Origin: Candidatus Poribacteria bacterium
GTDB taxonomy: Bacteria; Poribacteria; WGA-4E; WGA-3G
Direction of reading: 5' to 3'
Length of the DNA: 64,000 nt
Assembly (NCBI GenBank): GCA_965232545.1
Contig: OZ246979.1
Span: 5,811,287-5,875,286, forward strand
Shown one piece after another: positions 28,532-37,169 of this stretch. The position numbers and the translations under genes are program-made. Position 1 is the first letter of the stretch. Each line of letters begins with the position of its first letter. Below the pieces are notes generated by a model. It ran no database searches. It was not told the DNA's origin and saw nothing but the letters and a program-made list of their open reading frames with translations.

Positions 28532-29794
28532 TCAATTGAGCGGCACTTCAGGTGGGAATGGACACATCTCTGCCATCGCTGGGAAGATGTGCGTTACATC
28601 TTTTCTGAACACATCTCCACTCAAGATGTCAACGATGCCTCCTTGGTGCTCTGGGTATTCTGATAGGAACCGTGCAAAACTAAATTCCTTAGTGTAGAAA
28701 GCGTAGACGAGTTTCCGAAATGCCTCCATCCCCTTTACAAACGCAGGTCCGAAACTGCCGAGTTGCGTTTCGGAGAAGTCATTCTTATCGAACGCTTCGA
28801 TGATGACATCCGCTGCCATCTCTCCAGATTTGAGTGCCAGAAACAGTCCAGTTGAATAGACGGGATCCAAGAACCCGAATGCGTCACCTACGAGTACCCA
28901 GTTATTGCCTGCGATACGGCTGGCGCGATAGGAGAAGTCTTTTGTGGTTTGGATGGGGAGGAGTTGCTTCGCGCCTTCGAGCCGTTGCTGCAATGGCGCA
29001 CACTTCGCGAGTTCTTCGTCGAAGATTTTTTGGGCATTGAGTTTGCCATCGGCATCTCTTCGATTCTGGAGGAGATAGTCTAATTCACCGACAACCCCGA
29101 TACTCGTGCGGTTATAGGGGAGTGGGATCGACCAGAACCAAGAATCTTTCTCTTCGGTGTGTAGGATGAGTGTCGCGCCTTCGTCGATACCTTCGTCTCT
29201 GTGTCCACCTTCATAGTGCGTGAAGAGCGATGCCATTTTGAGGTTCGGTTCTATCGTATTTAGGTTCAGTTGCCTGCCGATGAGTGACCGCTGCCCAGTA
29301 GAATCCACAATGAGGGTTGCATGGAGAGTTTCACGGGTGCCGTCCGTGTGCTGTATAACAACGCCGGTTGCTGTATCCCCTTCAAAGAGGACCTCTCGGA
29401 CACCTGTTCCTTTGCGGATTTCTACCCCTTTTTCTTCTGCATTGTCCAAAAGCATCTCATCGAACTCACTCCGCAGGACCTGCCATGTGACGGCACTATC
29501 ATGCGGATTGGTTTGAAAGAAGTAGAACGGCGTGGAGGCTTTGCCGGAGCGTGAGTAGAACTGCACACTGTATTTCTGCGGAAAATGGCTTCCCCGCAGT
29601 TTTTCGAGCATACCGAGTCGTTTGAAAGTCCAGTACGTAGCGGGAATCAGCGATTCTCCGATTTTGAATGTCGGTTCGGCTTCCCGTTCAAGCAGCAGAA
29701 CGCTGTGTCCTTGTTCCGCAACGAGTGTTGCCACGGTGCTTCCGGCGGGTCCACCCCCGATAACGATAATGTCGTAGTTGTGGTATGTGTTCAT
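28532..29794 (-). CDS. FAD-dependent halogenase-like oxidoreductase
   Basis: GGGPAG, KIGES, FPQKYS, WFWSIP (WxWxIP), GDAFGFLDPVYSTG. Confidence 0.75.
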   Translation of the reverse strand: MNTYHNYDIIVIGGGPAGSTVATLVAEQGHSVLLLEREAEPTFKIGESLIPATYWTFKRLGMLEKLRGSHFPQKYSVQFYSRSGKASTPFYFFQTNPHDSAVTWQVLRSEFDEMLLDNAEEKGVEIRKGTGVREVLFEGDTATGVVIQHTDGTRETLHATLIVDSTGQRSLIGRQLNLNTIEPNLKMASLFTHYEGGHRDEGIDEGATLILHTEEKDSWFWSIPLPYNRTSIGVVGELDYLLQNRRDADGKLNAQKIFDEELAKCAPLQQRLEGAKQLLPIQTTKDFSYRASRIAGNNWVLVGDAFGFLDPVYSTGLFLALKSGEMAADVIIEAFDKNDFSETQLGSFGPAFVKGMEAFRKLVYAFYTKEFSFARFLSEYPEHQGGIVDILSGDVFRKDVTHIFPAMAEMCPFPPEVPLN

Positions 29795-29802
29795 TCGTTG
29801 AT

Positions 29803-30039
29803 TTATCTATGTGCGTCCATATACGTTCGGAGCACTGTATTTATCTGCGCGTGATAATCTTTTCCTTGTTTCTTGAACCATTCCAAGATGGGATGTTCGA
29901 TCTGAAGGTAATTTTCAGGAACAATTCGCTGAGCATTTTCCCAAAAATTATCATCAAGTTCGGGAATCTCTGATGTATCAATCGCGTCCTCAGGAAGGCT
30001 ATCAATCTCGGAAAGCCGTATTTTTGGGAGTTTCATCAT
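29803..30039 (-). CDS. BrnA-type antitoxin (no adjacent BrnT)
   Basis: IDTSEIPELDDNFW...ILEWFKKQGKDYHAQINTVLRTY. Confidence 0.75.
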   Translation of the reverse strand: MMKLPKIRLSEIDSLPEDAIDTSEIPELDDNFWENAQRIVPENYLQIEHPILEWFKKQGKDYHAQINTVLRTYMDAHR

Positions 30040-30166
30040 AGGGTGTTGACATCTTCACAGAGGCGACGTGTCATTAATTGCGCGACTAATAACCGCTGTC
30101 CCTGTAGCGATTAGCGTGTGGGCACTGAATGCTTTGCGAAGTACATATCTTTCCAAGGATTCAAAG

Positions 30167-30364
30167 TCAATCGGCAGCTTCTTTGTTGTTCTGTTTCGGG
30201 GTTTCGGGCTTCTCTGGCGGTAAATCTGCAAATTTGTACCCCGCCTTCCGGAATTCTTGATCCAATGCTCGGTAGTAAGCTCCCAATTTTTCGGGGTCGT
30301 GGTTAAACCGTTCTGAAATTTCCCTGCGAATTCTGTGAATTTCGTCAAGTTCGTAGTCTGCCAT
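30167..30364 (-). CDS. small helical hypothetical protein (65 aa)
   Basis: SD AGGAGG; DEIHRIRREISERFNHD pattern; degenerate paralog at 31028-31138. Confidence 0.6.
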   Translation of the reverse strand: MADYELDEIHRIRREISERFNHDPEKLGAYYRALDQEFRKAGYKFADLPPEKPETPKQNNKEAAD

Positions 30365-30382
30365 TTTAGGTTTCGCCTCCTA

Positions 30383-30751
30383 TTAGGACAAAACATCAAT
30401 CCTGACATCGCCATCTATCACAACGTCTAAAATCACACGATTTCCCTCAAGCAATGCCATCCCAACCAGGGGACCACCGTCCGTTCGTAGAACAGGGACT
30501 TCACGTTCTTCACCATGCCATAATACTTTTGCACGGTATAGTTCAAGGGCTACTATATTTCCATCACCAAGAATTGCGTAGCGACGACCTGCCCGTCGGA
30601 GACCAATGCGGTTAATTAAATCACCCGGCAGGGTCAAATGACCATCAAACCCTGTGTCAATAACTACTTCAATCTCTTCTCGCCTATGTAAGCCAACAAT
30701 TTCCAATTCAATGATGGCTTCTTGATTATTTGTAATTCTTCCTATAATCAT
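30383..30751 (-). CDS. clan AA (retropepsin-like) aspartic protease
   Basis: VIDTGFDG catalytic DTG and LVGMALL flap-end motif. Confidence 0.8.
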   Translation of the reverse strand: MIIGRITNNQEAIIELEIVGLHRREEIEVVIDTGFDGHLTLPGDLINRIGLRRAGRRYAILGDGNIVALELYRAKVLWHGEEREVPVLRTDGGPLVGMALLEGNRVILDVVIDGDVRIDVLS

Positions 30752-31020
30752 TGTGATGGGTCCGAAACCTTAAAGCCGATCCGGTAGGCAGCTGGAAACC
30801 CGATTCGCAAACCGTAAATGGTCGCATCGGGACGCTTGGCGAGAAGACTATCCGTGGCTACCAAATCTTCATCAGCGATCGCATAGTCCCCTGTTTCTAT
30901 GTCAATCACCAAGAATTTCCCTTTATGCATAGATTCAACTTTGTCCCGTATATTCTGCTGATAGAGTGCTTCACCGCGTACAGCAATAGTCTCAGAGGTT
31001 TTATCAGAGTATGGCATCAT
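30748..31020 (-). CDS. small hypothetical protein (DUF5678-like), coupled to the protease gene
   Basis: GKFLVIDIETGDY...RIG; ATGA overlap with the protease gene; SD AGGAG. Confidence 0.6.
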   Translation of the reverse strand: MMPYSDKTSETIAVRGEALYQQNIRDKVESMHKGKFLVIDIETGDYAIADEDLVATDSLLAKRPDATIYGLRIGFPAAYRIGFKVSDPSQ

Positions 31021-31027
31021 AATTCTC

Positions 31028-31138
31028 CTAACATTTAGCAGGTAGGTAGTGAGCGATCAGTTCGCCGACATCATCATCAAATCGAGCGGAAATTTTTCAC
31101 CAAATTCTGCGAATTTCATCAATTTCATAGTCTGCCAT
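31028..31138 (-). pseudogene. degenerate paralog of the 30167-30364 gene
   Basis: MADYEIDEIRRIW*KISARFDDDVGELIAHYLPAKC*, with an in-frame TGA. Confidence 0.65.
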
Positions 31139-31327
31139 TTTAGTCGTCAACTCCAAAAAAGTTTAAATGTATAGTAGAAACTCGGAATTGATGTTTCAAT
31201 GTAAACGCGATGTGGTGTTTCGTTATTCAACAATTATAAACCCCAAAGATTTAGATGTCAAGGGAAAGCAAATCATTGAACTCCCAACGCACAATGATTT
31301 GCGCGACTACTAACTGAGGTGTGTTGC

Positions 31328-32578
31328 TCATGAGGCTCGTTCATCAATGAATCGGTTTGACTTAAGCTCAGACCTCGGTAACGTTTCAAGTGGGACTGCT
31401 TTGACTATGGCACGTAAACCTAACTCGTCTCGAATCGCAGCGGCGACGGCGGTAGCAGTTTCAGCAGGATTTGGGTGCGTGGATTCAATCTGGATTTCCA
31501 ATTCGTCGAGCGTACCTGTTCCATAGACACGTGCCGAGAACTCGCGCACATCTGGAAACTTGAGGACAATGTTTTCGAGCGTAGCAGGATACACGTTCAG
31601 ACCGCGGATGATAACGGCTTTGTCTAATCGTCCAATAACGCCGCCATCAAGGACACGGCTTCCCCATCCGCATTCACACGCCGCTGATTTCAGCTTGACG
31701 TAATCTCCCGTCCGGTAACGGATAACGGGCATGCCGACGCGTCCTAAATTCGTAATGACTAACTCACCCGCGTCTGCCGGATTTCCAGTTTCTGGATCAA
31801 GTACTTCACAGATGAACTCCTCTTCGTTGAGATGAACACCCGCTTGTGGTTCGCACATAACACCCCATGCGCCGACTTCCGTTGCACCCGCATGGTCGTA
31901 GGCACGCGCCCCCCAACGGCTTTCAATGCGGTGTTTCGTAGCGGGTAGACTCGCTCCCGGTTCACCTGCGTGGATCGTCACCCGAATTGAAGTTTCTTCA
32001 GGTAGATTGATACCATCCTGTTCTGCGACTTCAGCAAGCCGCAATGCGTATGTCGGTGTAGCGATGAGCACCGTCACGTCGTTGCTAAGAATAGCGCGTA
32101 TCCGTTGATCGGAGGTCATGCCACCGTTTGGAATGATAAGCGCACCTAACTGCTGCGCACCGTGATACGCGCTCCAGAAACCGATAAAGGGACCGAACGA
32201 AAAGGCGATCATGAGCCGGTCTGCGGAGGTTACACCAGCGGCGCGATAAATTTCCCTCCAGCATTTTCCCCACCAGTCCCACGATTCTGCTGTATCTAAC
32301 CATCGCAGTGGTGAACCCGTTGTGCCTGACGTGCGGTGGAGACAGGTATATTGCTCCAATGGAAAGGTGAGATTCGTCCCGTAAGGCGGATGCGACACCT
32401 GATCGGTGCTGAGTTCTTCTTTTGTGGTAAATGGGAGTTGCCGGTAGTCCGCCAACGTTTGTACGTCGTTTGGATGCGTGACCCCGGCTTCAGTGAGTTT
32501 GTGTCGATAGAAGGCGTTGGTATCCAACACCGGAGCCAACATCTCACGGAGGCGATAGAATTGTGTTTGTGTATCCAT
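31328..32578 (-). CDS. phenylacetate-CoA ligase family (PaaK-like) adenylating enzyme
   Basis: HRTSGTTGSP, HAGEPG, YDHAGATE, RYRTGD. Confidence 0.85.
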   Translation of the reverse strand: MDTQTQFYRLREMLAPVLDTNAFYRHKLTEAGVTHPNDVQTLADYRQLPFTTKEELSTDQVSHPPYGTNLTFPLEQYTCLHRTSGTTGSPLRWLDTAESWDWWGKCWREIYRAAGVTSADRLMIAFSFGPFIGFWSAYHGAQQLGALIIPNGGMTSDQRIRAILSNDVTVLIATPTYALRLAEVAEQDGINLPEETSIRVTIHAGEPGASLPATKHRIESRWGARAYDHAGATEVGAWGVMCEPQAGVHLNEEEFICEVLDPETGNPADAGELVITNLGRVGMPVIRYRTGDYVKLKSAACECGWGSRVLDGGVIGRLDKAVIIRGLNVYPATLENIVLKFPDVREFSARVYGTGTLDELEIQIESTHPNPAETATAVAAAIRDELGLRAIVKAVPLETLPRSELKSNRFIDERAS

Positions 32579-32581
32579 GTA

Positions 32582-32782
32582 TTAGGTATATCGCGTGTTC
32601 TGGTATTCAGACTTGTAGGTTGGGTTGAATACCTCTGAGACATCAAATACCGCTGAACCAAACATGCATCAATGTCCAACCTCTCATACCCGTCATAGAC
32701 GAAGTGAAACCCAACAACTACTGACTGCTGACCGCTGATTGCTGATTGCTGATTTAGGTATATCGCGTGTTCTGGTATTCAG
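32582..32782. repeat. 29-bp direct repeat flanking a 143-bp REP/heptamer insert
   Basis: ttaggtatatcgcgtgttctggtattcag at 32582-32610 and 32754-32782. Confidence 0.85.
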
Positions 32783-34094
32783 GAGCATAGAATGCCGGAA
32801 GCAAGCTATCAACCTGGAGCAATCCACGTTGCGTCAGTTGAATTTCGTCTGATGCGGCGTTGACACGCAACATACCCTCGTTTTGCAGTTTCTCATAGGG
32901 TTCAGCAAAGGTGTCAAGGATGTCTGCGTCGAACTTCGCTTTGAAATAGGAGGGGTTGATCTTGCCGAGTTTAAGTTGTAGTATCATCTCCCGCGTCAAC
33001 CGTTCCGCTTCTGTTGGCTTCAGGGCTCGATAGACTGGAATCCTATCTTCCCCAAGGTGGCTGAGGTAGTCTCCCCATGAAGGCGCGTTTTGGAAATGGA
33101 TCCCGCTGAGGTGTGAGAAGGAGGCAACACCTGTGCCTATCATATCGCTTCCCTGCCACACGGCATCGCGGTAGACGAACTGACACGGTTTATCCTTCTT
33201 GAGCACTGTATACGCGCTGGATTGTGCGTAACCGGCTTGCTCAAACTGTTCAAAGGCGTATTGGTGCCATTCGCGTTTCAGCTTCCAGTCTGCCACTGGC
33301 AGTGTATCGCCGCCGAGGATGTCTTTAGAGTAGACGGTATTAAATGGCAATTCCAACTGATAGACAGTGACGCTATCTGGATCAAGTTCAATGGTCTTTT
33401 GGACGGTTTCTTGCCAGCTTTCCCATGTCTCGCCTATCATACCAGAGATGAGGTCAATGTTAACCTGATCGAACGCCAACGTCTTTATCCACGGGACAAT
33501 GCGATACACCTCTTTGGAAAGGTGTGCTCTACCGTTTTCAGCGAGGATCTCGTCGTTCAAGTTCTCAACGCCGAGGCTCAGTCGGGTTACACCGATTCCT
33601 TTGATCGCCTCTACTTTCTTTTCGGTCAAGGTGCCGGGTTCGCATTCAAAAGCAACCTCTTCGGCGGTATCCCACGGCATCACCCGTTTCACCCTGTCAA
33701 CGAGAGCCGTCAGGTGTTTAACGCTGATATAGGAAGGTGTCCCGCCACCGAAATAGACGAATCTCAGAGGTCTGCCAGCAATTGCGGGTTGCGCGCTGTA
33801 AAGTTCGACCTCTTTCGCGAGTGCGTTCAGATACGTGTCGATTTCCGAACTGTTTTTATCGGTATAGACGCGAAAATAGCAGAATTTGCACCGTTTGCGA
33901 CAGAAAGGGATATGGAGATATAACCCGAGTGTCGCATCCGAGCGTGGTTGTTCCCTCAGCGCGCGTTGCACTTCGGGTACATCTGACTCGCCCCATACGG
34001 AATACGGTGGGTAGTTGGAGACGAAAACGCTTCCTACGGTTGTGTCTTTTGAATCTATGCCTGCTGTCGCAGGTTCCGGTTTTGTTTCGGGCAT
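32754..34094 (-). CDS. HemN/HemW-like radical SAM protein (class C methyltransferase-like)
   Basis: LYLHIPFCRKRCKFC (CxxxCxxC), YFGGGTPS, RLSLGVEN, NIDLISG; N-terminal extension GSVFVSNYPPYSVW. Confidence 0.85.
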   Translation of the reverse strand: MPETKPEPATAGIDSKDTTVGSVFVSNYPPYSVWGESDVPEVQRALREQPRSDATLGLYLHIPFCRKRCKFCYFRVYTDKNSSEIDTYLNALAKEVELYSAQPAIAGRPLRFVYFGGGTPSYISVKHLTALVDRVKRVMPWDTAEEVAFECEPGTLTEKKVEAIKGIGVTRLSLGVENLNDEILAENGRAHLSKEVYRIVPWIKTLAFDQVNIDLISGMIGETWESWQETVQKTIELDPDSVTVYQLELPFNTVYSKDILGGDTLPVADWKLKREWHQYAFEQFEQAGYAQSSAYTVLKKDKPCQFVYRDAVWQGSDMIGTGVASFSHLSGIHFQNAPSWGDYLSHLGEDRIPVYRALKPTEAERLTREMILQLKLGKINPSYFKAKFDADILDTFAEPYEKLQNEGMLRVNAASDEIQLTQRGLLQVDSLLPAFYAPEYQNTRYT

Positions 34095-34316
34095 TATTGA
34101 TGCTCCTTTATCTTAAATGGCATCGACATTTTCACGATCTGGTTGTGTCGGATGTGGCGCGAACGTTCCTATAACGTGAGTGCAATTTCTATTTTCACTG
34201 CGAGGCGAAATCTGCGATAGGTGTGATGTATTGTGTCGGTTTCCTCTGATTCTTAGTCAAACGCACGTTCAAATAAGTTCACATAATTATAACATTAAAC
34301 CATAGATCGTGCCAAT

Positions 34317-35531
34317 CTATGTTGACCCGAAACAGTACAGGATCCCGTCCTCAGTCCCGATATAGATTCTACCGTCGGAGACGCTCGGTGAGGCGACGAT
34401 AGATGAACCGGTTGCGAATTCCCACACCGATTCCCCAGTCGTAATATCTAAAGCGATAAACAACCCACGAGTTGTCCCTAAAAAGGCGCGTTTGCCAACA
34501 ATGACGGCGGAAGACTCGATACGGGATTTAGCCGTATACGTCCATAGCGATTCACCTGTCGCCTGTGAGAGCGCATGCACCATCTTATCGCGTCCTCCGA
34601 TGATAACGCTGTCTTCCGTGAGAGCGGCTGAAGCGAAGAATGGGAATCTGCGTTTCGGATGCCGATACCGCCACACAATTTCCCCAGTGTCTAACGCAAC
34701 CCCCAATATTTCTGTGCCGTACGTGCCGCAATAAACATGATTCCGTGAAATCGCCGGACTCGCACCGACATACGCACCGAGATTTACCTGTTGCGTCTGC
34801 GTACCATCATCAATGTTGATGACGCGGAGATAACTATCGCATCCGGTGACAATCGCGAAATTGTTTGTCTTACCAGAATCGTTTGCGACCTGCGTCCAGA
34901 CCCCAGGGGTACCATGGACGTAGCCTTCAGTCTCTAATTTCCAGACCAGTTCTCCATTCTCTCGGTTCAGACAGTAGAGGAATCCGTCATACGAACCGAA
35001 CAACACGCGATCACCAACGACATTTGCCGATGAGATGATTTCACCTTCCGTCGTGAACTGCCATTTCGCTGCTTGGGTGTTGATGTCCACCGCATGGAAA
35101 ATCCCATCCCCATCGCCGAAGTAGGCAACGCCGTTGTGAATAGAGGGCGAGGCTTTGATCGCTCCCTCTACCTGATACGTCCACTTTTTTTCGCCGGTTT
35201 GTGCGTCAAGTGCGTAGAGGGTTCCGTTTAATGCGCCAACGTAGACTCTGCCGTCAACGACTGTAGCAGTGGATTCAATCATATCGCCTACCTGAAAAGT
35301 CCAAAGCAATTGCGGATTTTCGGGGAGTTGGGAATCGGCGACACCCGTGAGTTGTGGGTTACCACGAAAACTTGCCCAGTTACCGAAAACTGTGGCTGAG
35401 GTGAGGAACAGTAGCGCAAGGATGGAAAAGACTTTTATTTCTCTGGGATGGTGGACGCTCCGCTGGCGAGGTTGGAAACCTCGCCTCTGAAGCAGGTCGT
35501 TAAATGCGGGTGTATCAGTATGCTTGTTCAT
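34317..35531 (-). CDS. PQQ-like (BamB-type) beta-propeller exported protein
   Basis: NWASFRGNPQLTG; repeated LYALDAQTGEKKW-type tryptophan-docking blades. Confidence 0.8.
   Translation of the reverse strand: MNKHTDTPAFNDLLQRRGFQPRQRSVHHPREIKVFSILALLFLTSATVFGNWASFRGNPQLTGVADSQLPENPQLLWTFQVGDMIESTATVVDGRVYVGALNGTLYALDAQTGEKKWTYQVEGAIKASPSIHNGVAYFGDGDGIFHAVDINTQAAKWQFTTEGEIISSANVVGDRVLFGSYDGFLYCLNRENGELVWKLETEGYVHGTPGVWTQVANDSGKTNNFAIVTGCDSYLRVINIDDGTQTQQVNLGAYVGASPAISRNHVYCGTYGTEILGVALDTGEIVWRYRHPKRRFPFFASAALTEDSVIIGGRDKMVHALSQATGESLWTYTAKSRIESSAVIVGKRAFLGTTRGLFIALDITTGESVWEFATGSSIVASPSVSDGRIYIGTEDGILYCFGST
35462..35485. repeat. family B REP (GCTGGCGAGG...CCTCGCC)
   Basis: Hairpin; related copies at 10787, 36954 and 52706. 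Confidence 0.6.
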
Positions 35532-35636
35532 AGGGGTAATTTAAAAAAACAGATATGTATTTGATTTTCAAGAAATGTTTTGAGATCCAATCTGTGAAGC
35601 CTCAACGGAGGTCAGGTAGACGAACGTGTTGCCTTC

Positions 35637-35710
35637 AGCCCCAGCGGGGCGACATTTGTGTAGCATGTGGGATTCCCCGAATATCCAAGCCCCAGCGGGG
35701 CGACATTTGT
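35637..35710 (+). repeat. two identical 23-bp palindromic direct repeats
   Basis: agccccagcggggcgacatttgt at 35637-35659 and 35688-35710. Confidence 0.75.
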
Positions 35711-35762
35711 AAAGACGTTGCTACCAAATACCGCGAAGAATCCCTAAGTTGACTATGGTATT

Positions 35763-36884
35763 TCAATAAACTTTTTCATAAAGGTTCATAAAATCTCTGG
35801 TATTCAAAGGACGCGGGTTGAACTGTGCTGTCCACTGTGTCGCCGCTTCCTTTGCCAACGTCGGTATGTCTGTCGTTCCTATCGTGTATTGGACAGGATA
35901 ATCCCGAAGTCTGTTCGGCAAATTGCCGATCTGTTTGAGCGCAATAATTCTGTCTGCTAAGTCTCCATCCGGGTACAGTTCACGATAGGTTTCTCCTGCA
36001 ACAGGGCTATTGAATCGGATGACGTGCGGTAACATCAACGCGACGGCAACACCGTGGATAACCTCGTATCTCGCCGTCAAAGGATTGGCACAGGCGTGTG
36101 CGGCACCCAACATCGAGTTTTCAATAGCAAGTCCGGCAAGGTAGGCACCAAACAGCATTTTGCTTCTGGCTGTGGAACCGTTGGATTCAAGACATGCCTC
36201 AAAGTGGGCGTTCAGCAACTCCCATGCGTACCGTGCGAACATCTGGGACATCGGGTTGTGTCTCGTTGAGACGTAACTTTCAACAGCGTGTGCGATCGCG
36301 TCTATACCGGTGATTGCGGCGATCGGTCTCGGCAAGGTTTTGGTGAGCGTCGCATCTAAAAGGACAGTCCCGAATCGTGCTTTTGTATCGCCACACGCCA
36401 TTTTAATGTGTGTATCTGCCTGCGCGATGAGTGCGTAGGACTGCGCTTCGCTGCCGGTACCGATAGTCGTCGGGATACCGATAGACGGGAGCATCGGTTG
36501 TGTTGCCTTGTTTGTGCCCCAGTAATCCTCCATCTTTCCACCGTTCGTGAGCAGGAAGTTTACGCCTTTCGCACAGTCCATTGAGCTACCGCCACCGAGT
36601 CCGATGATAAGGTCTATCGGTGCGTTGGTCTTCGCGACCGCAAGCGCAGCGTCAACATCTTCCGTCGTAGGGTTGGATGTGGTGTCGGCAAAAACGTAGG
36701 CGGCGATCCTTTCGCTTTGCAGTGCTGAGACGGCTCTTGCGAGGATGCCTGCCTTTTCGATACCGGTGTCTGTCACGAGAAGGACGCGGCTACCCCCGCG
36801 TTCGCGGGTCAGTTCACCGAGTCTCTCAATCGTGTTATCACCGAAGATAACCTGTTGGTTCAGTTCGCAATCAAAAGTTTCCAT
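35763..36884 (-). CDS. iron-containing alcohol dehydrogenase
   Basis: GLGGGSSMDCAK, IPTTIGTGSE, DAIAHAVE, AAHACAN...IHG metal ligands. Confidence 0.9.
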   Translation of the reverse strand: METFDCELNQQVIFGDNTIERLGELTRERGGSRVLLVTDTGIEKAGILARAVSALQSERIAAYVFADTTSNPTTEDVDAALAVAKTNAPIDLIIGLGGGSSMDCAKGVNFLLTNGGKMEDYWGTNKATQPMLPSIGIPTTIGTGSEAQSYALIAQADTHIKMACGDTKARFGTVLLDATLTKTLPRPIAAITGIDAIAHAVESYVSTRHNPMSQMFARYAWELLNAHFEACLESNGSTARSKMLFGAYLAGLAIENSMLGAAHACANPLTARYEVIHGVAVALMLPHVIRFNSPVAGETYRELYPDGDLADRIIALKQIGNLPNRLRDYPVQYTIGTTDIPTLAKEAATQWTAQFNPRPLNTRDFMNLYEKVY

Positions 36885-37169
36885 ATATGAAATCCGATAT
36901 GATATAGCACACTTATCGTGCGCGCCAGTGTCTATTTATCAAGCCTATTTTTTGCTGGCGAGGTTTCTAACCGCGCTGCTTTCCGAGGCGTACCAGCAGA
37001 GAATCGTATTGTATAAATCCTTTAAAAGGATACCAAAGTCTGAGGAGGAAAGTCAAGGGAAAGGTGGGTTCTCTGTGGTGGTGGTTTTGTGCCTGTTGTC
37101 GGAATCTCGGATTGGTACGAATGGCGCGGATTAAAGATCTGTGCCATCTGATTAAGCTTCAGTTTGGAC

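Noticed and set aside
31028-31138. In-frame TGA as selenocysteine
   Set aside because: It aligns with Arg in the paralog (consistent with CGA-to-TGA), the C-terminus is also truncated, and no SECIS is evident.
33222-33923. 233-aa plus-strand ORF
   Set aside because: Antisense shadow of the radical SAM gene with no recognisable motifs; the same applies to most other overlapping ORFs in the track (e.g. 27390-27872, 56608-57057).
34095-34316. Possible SAM or cobalamin riboswitch upstream of the radical SAM gene
   Set aside because: No conserved riboswitch core recognisable by eye; would need an Rfam scan.
35637-35710. Repeat-spacer-repeat (23 bp / 28 bp / 23 bp) resembling a mini-CRISPR
   Set aside because: Only two units, no cas genes or leader in the window, and a degenerate related palindrome just upstream; better explained as an intergenic REP-like repeat.
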